The notes beneath the pieces are model-generated. The model did not search any database. It saw nothing but the letters and a program-made list of their open reading frames with translations, and was not told where the DNA came from. Both the position numbers and the translations under genes were made by a program. Shown here piece after piece: positions 38,780-52,100 of a DNA stretch of 64,000 bases (position 1 is its first letter; each line of letters starts with the position of its first letter). The stretch comes from Rhina ancylostomus (lineage: Eukaryota): positions 41,974,817 through 42,038,816 of the forward strand of contig JARFYF010000104.1 of NCBI GenBank assembly GCA_030265395.1. The letters are read 5' to 3'.

Positions 38780-39160
38780 CACAAAAAGTTTGTAATGAAC
38801 AAGAAGTCAATCATCAGTCAGTCTGTAATCATTACTAGTATCAAACAACAGCCTGTAGAATAGCAAATAAATCAACATGCACAGGCCTGTGAAAAAATAC
38901 AACTTATATGCAGAACCAGGTTTGGATAATGAGAGAAACATCACTGTTTGTGTGAACTCACAGGTACACCAGCATAATTTCAATGTGCAATAATACATAT
39001 ATATATATATCTATAAGAATACAAAATATGTTGATAGGTTAGTACCTCCCTTTATCTTCAAGGTTAGCTCCTCATACTGTCATCATCAATTGCCCATCAG
39101 AACTGTTGGCTCATTGAATTATTGATGAATTGTTTTCTTCATAGAACAGACTCTCTCACA

Positions 39161-39197
<37 letters not shown>

Positions 39198-41020
39198 GAA
39201 TAAAAAAAACCCAGAAAGTATAATCGACTGCAAGATACATCTGCTGATATCCGGGTAGATTCTACTGTTGTCAGGGGGATTCAACATTTTTAAGCTGAGT
39301 CAGAGTCCAGGAGGTAAGGTCTACTCCTTTATCGTGCTTCAGCCCATGTTTATATTGTCCCACTTACATTCGTAACACAAGCGCATAAAAGGGCAAAAAA
39401 CTGCGTAATATAAAGTCTCAATACTGGCACATATCTTCCATACGGGGGTTAGTGATGTATGATACTGAATGGAGGATTAATCAATCTGTTTAATGGTTTT
39501 GCTTTACCACGGAGTTAAAGGAAGCTAAGTTTCAGCAAAACTGTCAGCCCTGAACAATCCTTAATTGATAAAAAGAACAGGAATAAACACCACAATTCTT
39601 TTGCACGTTCTAACCGGTTATCTGCAGAAAACAATCTCATGCAACCATCACAGCAGCATCTTTTGCTCTCTTACTTCACTGACTACACTACTTTGGCCTT
39701 ATTAAGACTCCAGAAAATTAAGAAAAGATTGGTATACGCAACACAATTTCTGGAGGAACCAGAGGCTGTTTTGACTAACACTACCCACATGATCTGAGAT
39801 GCTCAGTAATAATGCTGGCGCCTCCATCTTCTGCGGTTTCCTGGCCCAGCACCTTTCAAGCTACCCACTGGTAAGTAACACTGCACCCAACACAGACACA
39901 TTCTGATTGGAAATCAACAAGCACAGGCATTTGCAAGGGAGCAAGAGACGGCGCCTGAGAGCAACGAGCTTTTGAAAGGTTTAGGACGCTTTTGTGTGAC
40001 TGTTTGGTTGGGTTGACTTTTCCTGTATGTTGGCAAAACAAAGTCCGTTTTTATGATCAGCTGTCCTTCTGGTGCCTCGGCTATAAGTCAACCTCAAGGC
40101 AAGTCAATCCTGAGGCAACTCCCCCTCGATGCACTTTCCCACCCGGTCTGTGGTAACAAAAATTATTGTCCAATTTTTCCACTGATTCCCAATCAAGGTA
40201 ANNNNNNNNNNNNNNNNNNNNNNNNNNNNNNNNNNNNNNNNNNNNNNNNNNNNNNNNNNNNNNNNNNNNNNNNNNNNNNNNNNNNNNNNNNNNNNNNNNN
40301 NTAAGTGCCACCCACTGTAATAAATTAAGAAACTAAAAACAAATCCTGTTGCACATAGAGTTAGCAGCTGGAATAGTTCTTTGCCACTGCCAACTTTGGC
40401 AAAATATGAATGGTATAAATTAAGGACAGGTATCAAAGAGGGAATGAAGGTGGGATTGATATGCATTGGATGTGTGTGACTTGGCCCATTGCAGCTAAGT
40501 GGAAGTTGCTGCATGGATGAAGCTCCCTGAAAACCACAATGTTACATGTCTCTTAAGCTACATATCCTTCTGGGTTAGTAAGTAAATGAGAGCTGTAATT
40601 AAAATGAAAGCTTATGCAATACATTACCATGGCTATTTACAAGGAGGCTGACACCAGTGTAAGTCTGAGGGACTGTGAATTAAACATAGCCCGTGCAGAA
40701 TTAAATACAAGGATGCGTGGAGTATTTATACATATACAAGTAACTGGCTCTTCAGGTTTTGCAGTTATTGTCTGGGAATCCTTGTCTCTTTTTTTTTGCA
40801 GTAGCTGGGTTGTATCCGAGAACACAGAAACTCTCCATTTATATCCGTATCATTGTGCCGGCAAAGGTGAATCTTTCTGTGGAGTACCCCAGCATGGCTT
40901 TGCCTGGATAAATATGCCACATTGTACCTGTGCTTCAGCAACAACAACAGCAAAAATAAAAGAAACACAACAAAACACGATACTCTTGACCTTTCCCTTG
41001 TGTAGCGGTGCTAAGGTTAA
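38780..41020 (-). other. PALM2AKAP2: Putative AKAP2 3' UTR (distal end uncertain)
   Basis: Repeat-poor, T/TG-rich on the minus strand directly after the stop. Further AATAAA candidates at 37760 and 37790. Confidence 0.45.
39150..39190. repeat. Compound (CT)n(CA)n microsatellite
   Basis: ctctctcacactctctctctctctctcacacacacacaca. Confidence 0.85.
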
Positions 41021-41158
<138 letters not shown>

Positions 41159-41260
41159 TCAACCAATGTTTCTAAGCAAAGAAAATCTCCTTCGTCAAAG
41201 TGAGCTCCCACTTCACGCTGACAGGTTACTCCAGCCACTGTTGGGAATGGCAGATTAACT

Positions 41261-41590
41261 GGGGATGGCCCAGTGGTGCAGCGAGTGGTGCTGCCACCTC
41301 ATAGCTCCAGCGACCTGGGTTCAATCCTGACCTCCGGTGCTGTCTGTGTGGAACTTGCATGTTCTCCCTGTGACTGTGTGGATTCCCTTCCACGTCCCAA
41401 AGGTGTGCAGATTATGAGGTTAATTGGTCACAGTAAATTGCCCCTAGTGCACAGATGAGTGCTGGAATCTGGGAAGAGTTAATGAGAATGTGGGTATAAA
41501 ATGGATTAGGGTAGGATTAATGTAAACTGGTGTGGATTCAGTGGGCTGAAGGGCCTGTTTCCATGCTATATCTCTCCCCGTCTCTAAATC
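41261..41590 (+). mobile_element. tRNA-derived SINE (V-SINE/HE1-like) with CR1-type tail
   Basis: A-box-like tggcccagtgg, B-box gggttcaatcc (41317-41327), core tgtctgtgtggaacttgcatgttctccc, tail gggctgaagggcctgtttccatgct. Confidence 0.8.
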
Positions 41591-44500
41591 CTAATTAAGA
41601 GTAATATCCTAAATCTTTGGTCCAGCATCATGGTAAAATTGGTTGCTGTACGGGATTCCTGTACTATTTAGTTTGGAGCTCAGAAGCAGCCAGTTGGATA
41701 TTGGTGGTTCACTGGGGTAGGACGACAGATCTTTTCCCCAAAGAATATACTAACATATTAAATCTAGATTTACTCAATAAACTAATTTTATTTTCTAGCT
41801 GCAGTGGTGGGATTTGAACTCGCATCTCTGGTTACTATACTACTACATTCCCATTACATGCAACACCCCTCAATCTACCCCTTATATAATCTTCTCATAA
41901 TTATTTTCTTTTCAAATGGAGATAAAAATGGGAATTCGAAATAGAGACAGTGAAGTCCTCGGAATGCCCAATAGCTGATTTGCATCTGACAGAGAGATGG
42001 GTTAGTGTTTTAAGAGTGATCCTGAATTACAGCAGTTTAATCATTCATCTTTCAGGTTCCAACCAATCTGCTGCACCTTTTCTGTTTGTACATATATATT
42101 GTTCCTTTTAACTCAACATAAAACAGGTGTCTGTGGTGTTAGTAACACACCTCCACAGCAGAAAGGGGTGGTGAGGTGAGGGAACCACTAAAATATAAAT
42201 ATAACACCATACTTCTTTAGGGCACTAATCATTCATTGTATTTTTTAATTATTCCCTCTTGTAAGACTGAATGTTGTTAAAAATCTGGCAATGTTATTTG
42301 ACTTTCACTGACAGATCAGGAAACTGATCTATTACTAATAAAGGCCAAATGGACATTACATTGATAATATTACCATGGTGGTGACCAATCAAACCCCCTA
42401 ATCTAACCTTATTCCAATGGAGGGAGTGGTGTTGTGTCAGTCTTCGACACAGATTAAAGCATTGCTGTTCCCTTTCACCCCTGGCTTTACCTTTTGACTT
42501 CGTTCCAGATACGATGTTCTGAATCAGAAACTGGCACTGCAAATCATCATTAATACCCACTCAACTGGGAGGTCACTTTGAGAAGGAAGTGGCTGCATAA
42601 GTAAATGGCAGAAGTTGACCTCCCTAGGCTGGATTGATTCACAATGTTACAGGGTGGTATCCATCCTCCATGTTGAAACTGTGCTCCAGACTTCCTCTTG
42701 TGGACAACACCAGCCCAGAAAGGAATATGGACCTTTTAGTTCCAACGTGGAAGTTTTACCCTTTTGAAATCGACTCACATTATAAACACAATTAATTGGA
42801 ATAAAGCAGAATGTATGATTCAGTTCCAAATAACTTAGTCTCCCTTGAGAATATTTATTAATTTGGTGGAGTAATTCCTTTGCATTGGAAAGGTCCAATA
42901 GCTTAATAGAGAATTGAAAGGTGCATGTTTCACACACTGAAGTGGTGGTCAGATACAATGCAATGATTGGCAAATAGAAATGTCTCTGCTCTCATGCACA
43001 CTTACTCAAGGGCTATTGTCATATTCATATATTTGGACCCAATATTGCAAATTAATTTTTAAACAGAGTGTGCTGTTGTAATGTGCGGTCCAACAATACA
43101 TATCTGATGTCGGATACCACGTTCAAGCCCAGCCTAGGTAAACTAAGAGATGTGTGTCATCGATTTTTTTTTATATAAAGAATGTTGAACACTTGGGTTA
43201 CAAATCCTCAGAACCCAGCTGCAGTTAACACAAAGAGGGCGACTTCATCATAAATAATTGGACGCTCTTTTCCCACAGATCCGCCTTCATTTACCATGCT
43301 GACTTCGACTCAGTGTCCATCCACTCTAATCTCCACATGGTAATAGAAAAACAAGGAACACTTAGTGAGGTGTGAGGATTGTGTCAACTAAGAAAGAATT
43401 TGAATTTATTTAGCACCTTATTAACACGTTCAGATTTTCTGGGGAAGAAGAAGGAGCAGCAATTGGTCATATGTTCCCTCAAACCTGCACTGCCATTCAA
43501 TTAGATCACAGTTCATCCTATTCCTCAACTTTACTTTCCTGTCCAATCAAAAGCCTTTGATTCCCGAAGCTATCAATCTCAATCTTGATTACGTTCAATG
43601 ACGAAGCATCCACAGCCATGTAGGGTGGTGAGTTCCCATGATTTTCAACCCTCCTAGCGAAGTGCTTTCATTCCTAAATGATCAGACTGTTATCCCACAA
43701 CCGTACCTCAGGTTCGAGATTCATGTGGCCGAGGGACAGAGAACAAGTGTAAGTATGTTATGCAATTACAGTTCAAAGACCCCCAGGTCTATATAATGTG
43801 AGCCATATTTAAGAGGTTCACTCTTTGCTTCAAAAGTAGGTCCAGCTTTGATTGTTAGGGAAAGTCATAAAATGAGAGAGGGCAAATGCAATTAAAATGT
43901 GGAGTAGCCCTGGATAAAGGGGCAGGCTTGAGAGACTGGTGGGTCACAGATCAAGAGCTTGGCAGTAGGATGGGTAATTTTCAGCTGGCATGGATTTGAT
44001 GGGCTGAACAGTCTGTTTCTGTGCTGCAAATTTTGGTGGTTCTATTTACTCAAATCACTCCAACATGCTCTCATTAATGAACCCTTGTAGCCTTGCTCTA
44101 ATATTGCGTGAATTCAGTAAAACCACTGTTAGTTTCTAAAATACATCATCTTACCATGTGGAGGACACAAAAGATACTTCTGGTTTCACAGTCATTCGGT
44201 GTGATCTCTCAGCTTTGGCAATATTTAGGGAATTGTATTGGCTGGGTGCTGTGGATTTTGTTTCACCATCACATATAATGCAGGTCACAGGTAAACAGAC
44301 ATAGCCACAAAGTACCAAGGTTTTGTATCCCAAGTTTGTTTAATGGTTATTGACATTGTAACTTTATAACTGCTTCTCCTGAGATTGTTAAGTGTATGGG
44401 GTGAAGACCAGGGTCACAGGAGTGTGCTGAGAATAACCCACTCACGACAGATCAGTGGTCACTTGCCTGTGTTGGCTGAATAAGTCGCTTTGGGGGATAT

Positions 44501-44693
44501 TCCCAAGACCCCTGTAGCCTTGGAAAGATGATTCTGTTGTTAATGATGGACACATGTCAGGAAGCATGTTGAACATCAGCTCGTTAATTGAGGCCCCGGC
44601 ACCACCTCAGTAGCTGCCGGTGGGCGGTCCATGTTTGGGCAGGAGGCAGGGATTGATTAAGCAAGTTAAAAAGGAAGCACAGTGAATGAGGGG

Positions 44694-44695
<2 letters not shown>

Positions 44696-44755
<60 letters not shown>
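44696..44755. repeat. (GA)n microsatellite
   Basis: About 30 uninterrupted GA units. Confidence 0.97.
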
Positions 44756-44757
<2 letters not shown>

Positions 44758-47700
44758 TTAATGTTTACAGAGATTTGTAACCGATGAGAAAATGGGTTGT
44801 GNNNNNNNNNNNNNNNNNNNNNNNNNNNNNNNNNNNNNNNNNNNNNNNNNNNNNNNNNNNNNNNNNNNNNNNNNNNNNNNNNNNNNNNNNNNNNNNNNNN
44901 NGTGTGGCAGGAAGTGCTTCCCATCTCCTCTCACTTTATTCTAATTTCCTTTGGGGTCAGTGGTATTAGAAATGGTCAAAGTGTTTTGGGAAGATGGGTA
45001 TGAATGTCAATATTGCTGTTCATGAACTCCAGAAGAAGGATCATTAAATATGCATTAAGTTGCTACATGTAGCTTTGCTGCCATGTAGATCACCAAAATG
45101 ATTTTGGTTAAATAGGACACCAGTGAAAACATGATAAAATCTGTATAGTTGGTGCTAAAATTCTATTTATTGTCTGTCCCTAGTTGCCTGTGAGAAAACA
45201 GCAGTGTGTCACCTTCCTGACTCACTGCAATCTGTATGAATGGGAGTTCCCCTTGGTGAATTGGACAATATTTATCGCCTACCAACACCTTATCCAACAT
45301 TATTTGTTAATTCTTAAGCAACATCATTAAAAATAGATTAATTGCTTATTATCACAGTGCTTTGAGTGAGAACTGCTTGTGTGAAATTAGCTTCCAAATT
45401 TTGTAGTATTATAAACAGCTAAAAAGTACTTCATTGGCTGTGAAGTACTCTGGGACAGCCTGAGTTCATGAGAAATACAACTTGAGTAAAAGAACTACTT
45501 TCATTTTATCTCACAGAATCTTTCATTCTATTTGCTTTAGGAAAGACCCGATTATATTAAACTTGGATTACAATTTTTGTCAACATCTATGTAAACGTTT
45601 ATTCCCTGCCATGTTTAGCCAAGCAACTCTTGACATCCCAAAGTACCTTGCAGCCTGTGAAGCACTAATGAACCACTGTCACTCTGAGAGACACACAGTG
45701 ACAAAATTTTGCCCAGGGAGATCCCACTGCATTGTGATCAGATAAATGACAAATGGATCACTTTTAGTAGGGTATTGACTGAACACTAGATCACAGTCAA
45801 AATCACTAGCTTATTACAACAAAGGGGGATATTCAGCCCATTAGATCCATGCTAAATCCCAACAAAGCAATCCCATCTGCCCTGTTCCTCTATCCTTAAA
45901 GGAGAAATTTACTGTGGCCAATTCACCTATGAGTCATCTTTGGGATAAAAGTAAACACCCAGCAGAACTTCACACAGTCATCAGACAAAGTGAAAATTTT
46001 GCCCAAAGTTAGGATCAAATCCAGGTTCCTGGAACTATAAGACATTAACACTAACTGATGCAGCTCTGGGTCACCCAGTTTCATGGGGAAAGAGAGTTCC
46101 CTACTTTTCAAACATTATCAAGGGATCTTCCATGACCAAATAACCAAATATGGCTCTGACTTGCTATTTTATCTGTAAGGTGACATTTTCTACAACACAG
46201 CCCTCCCTCTGTACTGTAGTAGTGTCAGGTGAGTTTATGGACTCAATTCCCTTGGTTGGTACTTAGATCCATGGCTATCCTATGCCGGAATACAAATGCT
46301 ACCACTGAACCAAGACTGACACCTAAGGGTTGAAAGAAAGAATCCAGCTCACTGAGATGAAGATTGAAAACAAGATTGTTATTTCATTTTATGAACATAT
46401 ATGTAGATTTTATTTTAGTCATTAAAAAATACTTAATTATCCCAACTGACATTTTTAATCAGTTAAGTAGAGCCAAAGGCTATTGAGGTGGCAAATTTGA
46501 AGTGAAAGAGTTCAGTGTGCTGTATAATGTGCCTTGAATTGCTTGAACAGAATAACAATATCAAGAGACGGAAGGACTATTTTTGTTCAGAGCCGGGCTG
46601 GCTGTTTTTAATTCTAATCATTGTTTGGAGTGGACTGAAGTAGTAAATACTCTCATGAAGTATCTCTATGCGTAGGTTTTTAAGACTTAGTATATTAGGG
46701 GAGTATTTATCTCACATGCCCTAGATAAGCAGAGTGTCCTGTTCCAGGAATGTGCTCATTGAACTATTGCAGAATTTCAGGAAATGCATGTGTAGCACAG
46801 TGAGACTAAGATGATGCCAATAGACTAACAAGCTGCCAACTTTAGCAATTGAATGCAACTGCAGTACATGCCAACAAACAGGGAAAGTCGAGGGGCAGCA
46901 TGGCCAAGTGATCACTGACTTGAGTTCAACTCTGCACAGGCAGATTTTGTAGAGCTATGAATACTAAAATATTACCCCTGAATACCCTGATTTCCTTAAA
47001 TCTTATTTGAGCATAGCATAAACTTTCTCCTCTATGTAATGATGAGGCAAGTAATTGTCAGTGTTTATGGTACTGATGGAAAGAAAAATTGCTGGTGATG
47101 ATACTTAGAGGATTTCTTTTCTTTTTAAAAATTCAGAAGCAATACTGATAAAATTTCAAAGTGCAGCTACAAGAGTGTAATAAATGACAGAAGGAATAAC
47201 ATCACAGGATAGCAGGTTGGTGATTGATCTCTGAGCATTACAGCTTACAGTTTACTTACCCTGTTAACAAGGACAAAGACTGTGAAAACGTAACTATTAG
47301 TCCATTAAATAAATAGCCTAAACAATTGATTGGTTTAATAAAACCAAATTTATCAAGGGAATAAGAATACAATCTAAGTGAACAAATCAAACAAGATTAG
47401 GAAGAGAGGCAACAAAGTAGGTGGTGTCTTAACAGCACATGTAGTGACTATCAGTAAAACCATCAATAACCACAGCTGGCGTAATATATCAGCTCACCAT
47501 TGTTGAGTTGAAATCCAGATTATAGACATTGTAAAACATGAGGGACAGAAGGAGCTTTCTGGGTAGTTTCAGATTAGGCACTGGTTTAGAATTGGTTAAT
47601 TATAAAGAACATGAGTATGTGTCTGCATTTTAAGCAGATAGAACCAGCTAACAGTCTCAGCATTAGCGTTGTTACCAGGGAAAAAGGCTGCAGGGACGAT

Positions 47701-48147
47701 AAGCAGTCTTGCCACAACACAATAGTATAGGAGGCTAGCTAAATAGGAAGATGTTAAAGAAACATGGTTAGTGATCTGATAAGAGTATATTGAGGGTTGT
47801 AAATATATTTTCTTTCATTTGCAACTGGGACCACCAAAGACTGCATGATGCCAGAGTTATGGGCACATTCTGGTGGTTGAAGAAGGCCCTGGAGTGTAAG
47901 GTAGAAGACCCAGTTGCTGCTCTCTGTATGGGATTCACTGACATAAGTAGAAGCAGGAATGAGGTTTTGTTGAGAGAATTTGAGGAGTTTGGGTTGGAAT
48001 TAAACTACAGAATCTTGCATTGTCTGCTTTTTTTTACCAAATCTGGGAACACAATTGGTAGATGATTAAACAGATTTGAGAGATTAATTTATGGTTCACA
48101 GAAATGTAAGATATACAGGGAATTCTTGGGGCACCTGTTTCTGGGGT

Positions 48148-48155
48148 GAGAGAGA

Positions 48156-48199
<44 letters not shown>
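48148..48199. repeat. (GA)n microsatellite
   Basis: About 25 units with one CA interruption. Confidence 0.95.
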
Positions 48200-48201
<2 letters not shown>

Positions 48202-48724
48202 TTAATGGTTACAGAGATTTGTAACCGATGAGAAAATGGGTTGTGGATCAACTAATCAATACTCGAACCGTTGCAATTTTACAGAACTCACATTCCCAGG
48301 TTTCCCCATCTGTGACGAGGCTGATTAATTACTCCATCTGTGTCACGTAAAACAATGCAACATTAAAATAGCAGAACATCTTATAGCTTCCTCTTTCACT
48401 TTAAATGGAGAACATATGTATATTGTATTGAACTGTAGAAAAAGCATTTTTATTTTTAAATAAAAAAAACAACTTGCTCACAAACCTCCTCATGATCCAG
48501 GAGAAAGTGGTAACATAATTGCAGAAGATATGCATGGTACATTTCCACCAAGTTGCAACAGACCTGTTATTTCAGTTCTTCTTCCATTCCCTCTCTCACA
48601 ATCACCACACGCCCTGGGTCAATGAAAGGCTCCAGCACTTCCCCACTAATGTACCAATTTAAAAATAGTAATCTTCCATTTCTATAGCTGCTTTCATGTC
48701 TTCAGGACATATCTAAACACTTCA

Positions 48725-49305
48725 CCTAGTTCTCCCGGTGGCCAGCCATTTCAATTCTACTTCACATTCCCACACTGACATGCCTGTCCACAGCCACCTC
48801 CACTGCCAGGTCACGGCCAAACAAAAATTTGAGGAACACCACCTCATATTCCACCTGGGCAGTCTCCAGCCTGGCGGCATGAACATTGAATTCTCAAACT
48901 TCTGGTAATGTGCTCTCCCTGTGTCCCTTTTCTCTCTCATCCCAATCCACCTCGCCCACATCACCCTCTCCATCAGCCCATCACCCACACACATCTCCCA
49001 CCCGTTCCCCTCCCCAGCTCCCTCCCTTTATTTCCACAATCCACTGTCCTGTCCTATCATAGTCCATCATCTTCAGCCCTTTGTCACTTCCACCTATCAC
49101 CTCCCAGGTTCTGACATCATTCCCGGCCTCATCCACCTATCGACTGCTAAATCTTGCTCCACCCCTTCCCTCCACCTTTTTATACTGGCTATTACCCCCT
49201 TTCTTCCAGTCCAGATGAAGAGTTTCGGGTTGAGATCTGAAATGGCGACTGTCTATTTCCCTCCATAGGTGCCCGACCCACTGAGTTCCTCCAGTGCTTT
49301 GTGCA
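48725..49305 (+). mobile_element. Penelope-like retroelement, 3' fragment (GIY-YIG endonuclease end plus terminal repeat)
   Basis: LPVASHFNSTSHSHTDM...FEEHHLIFHLGSLQPGGMNIEFSNFW* (stop 48906-48908), then a pyrimidine-rich tract, a hammerhead-like motif and the ctgagttcctccag terminal motif. Confidence 0.85.
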
Positions 49306-49689
49306 TTACTTCCTCTAGTTGCTGTTGTGCTGCTGGGAAACAGCCAAGCTCTACTAAATGCCACTTTAGTTATGAGCTAATAATCTATTTATTGGCTGAA
49401 GGATAAACATTGGCCAGAACTAACTCACTCTTCTGTAGGTTAGTTCCATGGGACCTACTACAACTCTGTCGGTGAGTAGTCAGGCATTCATTTGTGTAGC
49501 ACCTCTGAGGCAGCACTCCCTCAAGTCCTGCAATGGAGTGCCCCCTGAAATTTTGTACTCTACTGAGAACTTGGTCCTTAATCCTTATTTTAATTTGCTT
49601 GCATTCTGCCATTATTGTTAAGAGCTATCAAGTCACACAGCACAAAAACAGGTCCTTCGGCCCACCACTGAGTACCTACCTACACTAAT

Positions 49690-49950
49690 CCCCCTTATAC
49701 ATAGATAGGTTAGACAGTCAGAATCTTTTCCCAAATGTCACATACTAGAGGACATGCATTTAAGGTGGGAGGGGGAAAGATTAAAGGGCATGTGCGGGGC
49801 AAGTTTATTTACACAGAAAGTGGTGGGTACCTGCAGCAGGCTGCCGGGGGAGTGGTGGAAGTGGATACAGTAGTGACGACTGAGTGGCTTTTAGAAGGGC
49901 AATGAATGTGCAGGGAACGGAAGGATATATATCCCGCGCAGGCAGAAGAG
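49690..49950 (+). mobile_element. CR1-type LINE 3' fragment
   Basis: tagataggttagacagtcag...actagaggacatgcatttaaggtg...tttacacagaaagtggtggg. Confidence 0.7.
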
Positions 49951-51254
49951 TATTTGTATTTTACTCTAAATGACGAACATATGCAATACAAGAATATATT
50001 TCATTTTCTCCTCTCCTGAGACACCACTCCCATCATTTGGTTCGAAGAACAGGGCATGGTCTTCATTCTAAAGCAGATCCTGATCCTGCTGCTTCTGGGA
50101 CTTATGAGTCATACAGCATGGAAACAGGCCCTTCGGCCCAACAGGTTCATGCCAAGTGACTTGAGGTCACTTAAAGTTCCTGGAGACGAAGACTTGGAAG
50201 TGGGAGGGAGCAGGGTCAAGGGTCTACAACAATGAACACCGAGCGTGTTAAGGATGCATGCATTTAAGTTGTCTACACAATGTGGCTCTTTAAAAGTGGT
50301 TAAACTTATAATCCTGCTAATGTAGCAGCTGGGAGGTTCTGGGCAGGGATGATTGTGTGTGTGGCTTAGTTGAAAAGGAGATAAGTTTCTAAGTGAGTAG
50401 AGTTGTCAAGGTCCTCTATTGAATGGGGTACCCTGTTATTAAAAGCAACATAGGCCTTTCTGTACAAGATCTCTTTCCCGTACTGTTTTCCCAACCCAAG
50501 TGGCTGACTTACAAAGGCTGAGTGCTTGGCCGGGGAAGGGGAAATGGCTCGTCACTAAAATTGAAATGTACCTCACAGTGAATCTCCTGGCAGGAACCTT
50601 CTAGGAAGAGAGGAGGAAGGGAGAGGAGGAGGATGGTGAAGGAGAGGAGGGGTGGAAGGTAGGAGGGGAATGGTGAGGGGTAAGAGGGTAACATATTACC
50701 TAAAAGAATTTCTCTACATCGTCCCTTTCATTCTGTTGGGATGTACCTCAAAATATGGTTATCAACCTGCTTGCCAGTGGGAATATCTTTGCCCTCTGTC
50801 ACAACCTTTACAAATTATAAACACTTCCATTAAATCTCCCCTTAACCTTCTCTGCATTGAACCACCCCAGCTTCTCCCATCTTTCCTGTAACTATTCCAC
50901 GCAGTACCCTCTTTCCAGAGGTAATAAACTTTCTTTTACCAGGTAACAGCTCTGAGCAAACAGACAGTTGTGTGTGGTCAATCATCAGACTAATCTCCAT
51001 TATAATCATTTTCACTGATATACCGTATCATTCAATGTGTAAGTTGCAGCAATGTCACTTCCCACCCTTCCCCTCCCACCCCATAACTTCTGCGACATCA
51101 ATTTGGGGAAACCACTTTTCTTGGAAAGTGCCCCACCATCCTCTCAATAACTCCCCTCCATTCACATGACTGAAAGCCGCTCACTTCGCAATCAGTGCAG
51201 GATAACTTGGTCCAAATTGTAAGGTCTGAAAAGCTTCCCTGCATTCCACGGGCT

Positions 51255-51560
51255 TCGACTAGTGGGAGAGTTATGAACGAGGAGATATCGCTACAAAATA
51301 AGGGGCTGGTCATTTAAAGCTGAGGTGCAGAGAAACCTCTCCTCTTAGAGGGCAGTGGATCACTGAAATTCTCTGCCCCGGACAGAGGTAGCAGCCAGAT
51401 TATTACATATAAGGTGGAGAATGATAAATATTTTAAAGATCAAGGAATTGAGGTTATGGGGATCTGGCACAGAAGAGGAGTTGAGGTCATGATCATAGTG
51501 AATGGCAGGACAGGCTTGGGGGCCGAATGGCCTTCTCCTACTCCTATTTTCTTGTGTTAT
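51255..51560 (+). mobile_element. CR1-type LINE 3' fragment
   Basis: aaaataagggg...aaattctctgcccc...gaatggcaggacaggcttgggggccgaatggccttctcctactcctattttcttgtg. Confidence 0.7.
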
Positions 51561-51924
51561 TGTGACAGTGTAGGTAAGTACCATAGCCCATCCCTGTTGA
51601 GCCAGTGATAGAGAAGATGTGGCCCAGCAGTGTGGGAGGTATGGTCTGACAGTGGGAGAGAAAGGGCCAGTCTGACAATGTGGGGAAAACCANNNNNNNN
51701 NNNNNNNNNNNNNNNNNNNNNNNNNNNNNNNNNNNNNNNNNNNNNNNNNNNNNNNNNNNNNNNNNNNNNNNNNNNNNNNNNNNNNNNNNNNNCACCTGAG
51801 AGAGGCCAACCTAGTAGCAGGTTGGGGAGTGGTGGGGGGGGGGGGGGAACAGGAGGGGGAGGGGGAGGAGCTCAATGCTTGAGGCAACGTGGCTGGCAGA
51901 ATGTGGTCACAGCTGATCAGAACC

Positions 51925-52100
51925 CAGGAGGAACTCAGCAGGTCAGGCAACATCTATGGAGGGAAATGGACAGTCAATTTTTCAGGTCGAGACCCTTCAT
52001 CTGGACTGAAAGGGTCTCAACTCAAAACATTTACCTGCTGAGTTCCTCTAGCATTTTGTGTGTTGCTCCAGATTTCTGCACTTTCAGTCTCTTGTGTCTC
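51925..52100. mobile_element. Palindromic Penelope-derived element with hammerhead-like motif
   Basis: ggaggaactcagcaggtc ... acctgctgagttcctc arms. Minus strand 52008-51971 reads cagtc-CAGATGA-agggtctcgacct-GAAA-aatt-gactg. Confidence 0.75.

Noticed and set aside
41261-41335. tRNA-like A/B boxes
   Set aside because: This is a SINE head continuing into a SINE core and LINE-derived tail, not a tRNA gene.
43279-43339. Plus-strand exon-like segment with good AG/GT sites
   Set aside because: 61 nt, antisense to AKAP2, with no recognisable peptide and no partner exons.
50570-50605. Minus-strand micro-exon candidate (SCQEIHCE) in the AKAP2 intron
   Set aside because: Available acceptors give 26 or 29 nt, which would break the phase 0/0 frame.
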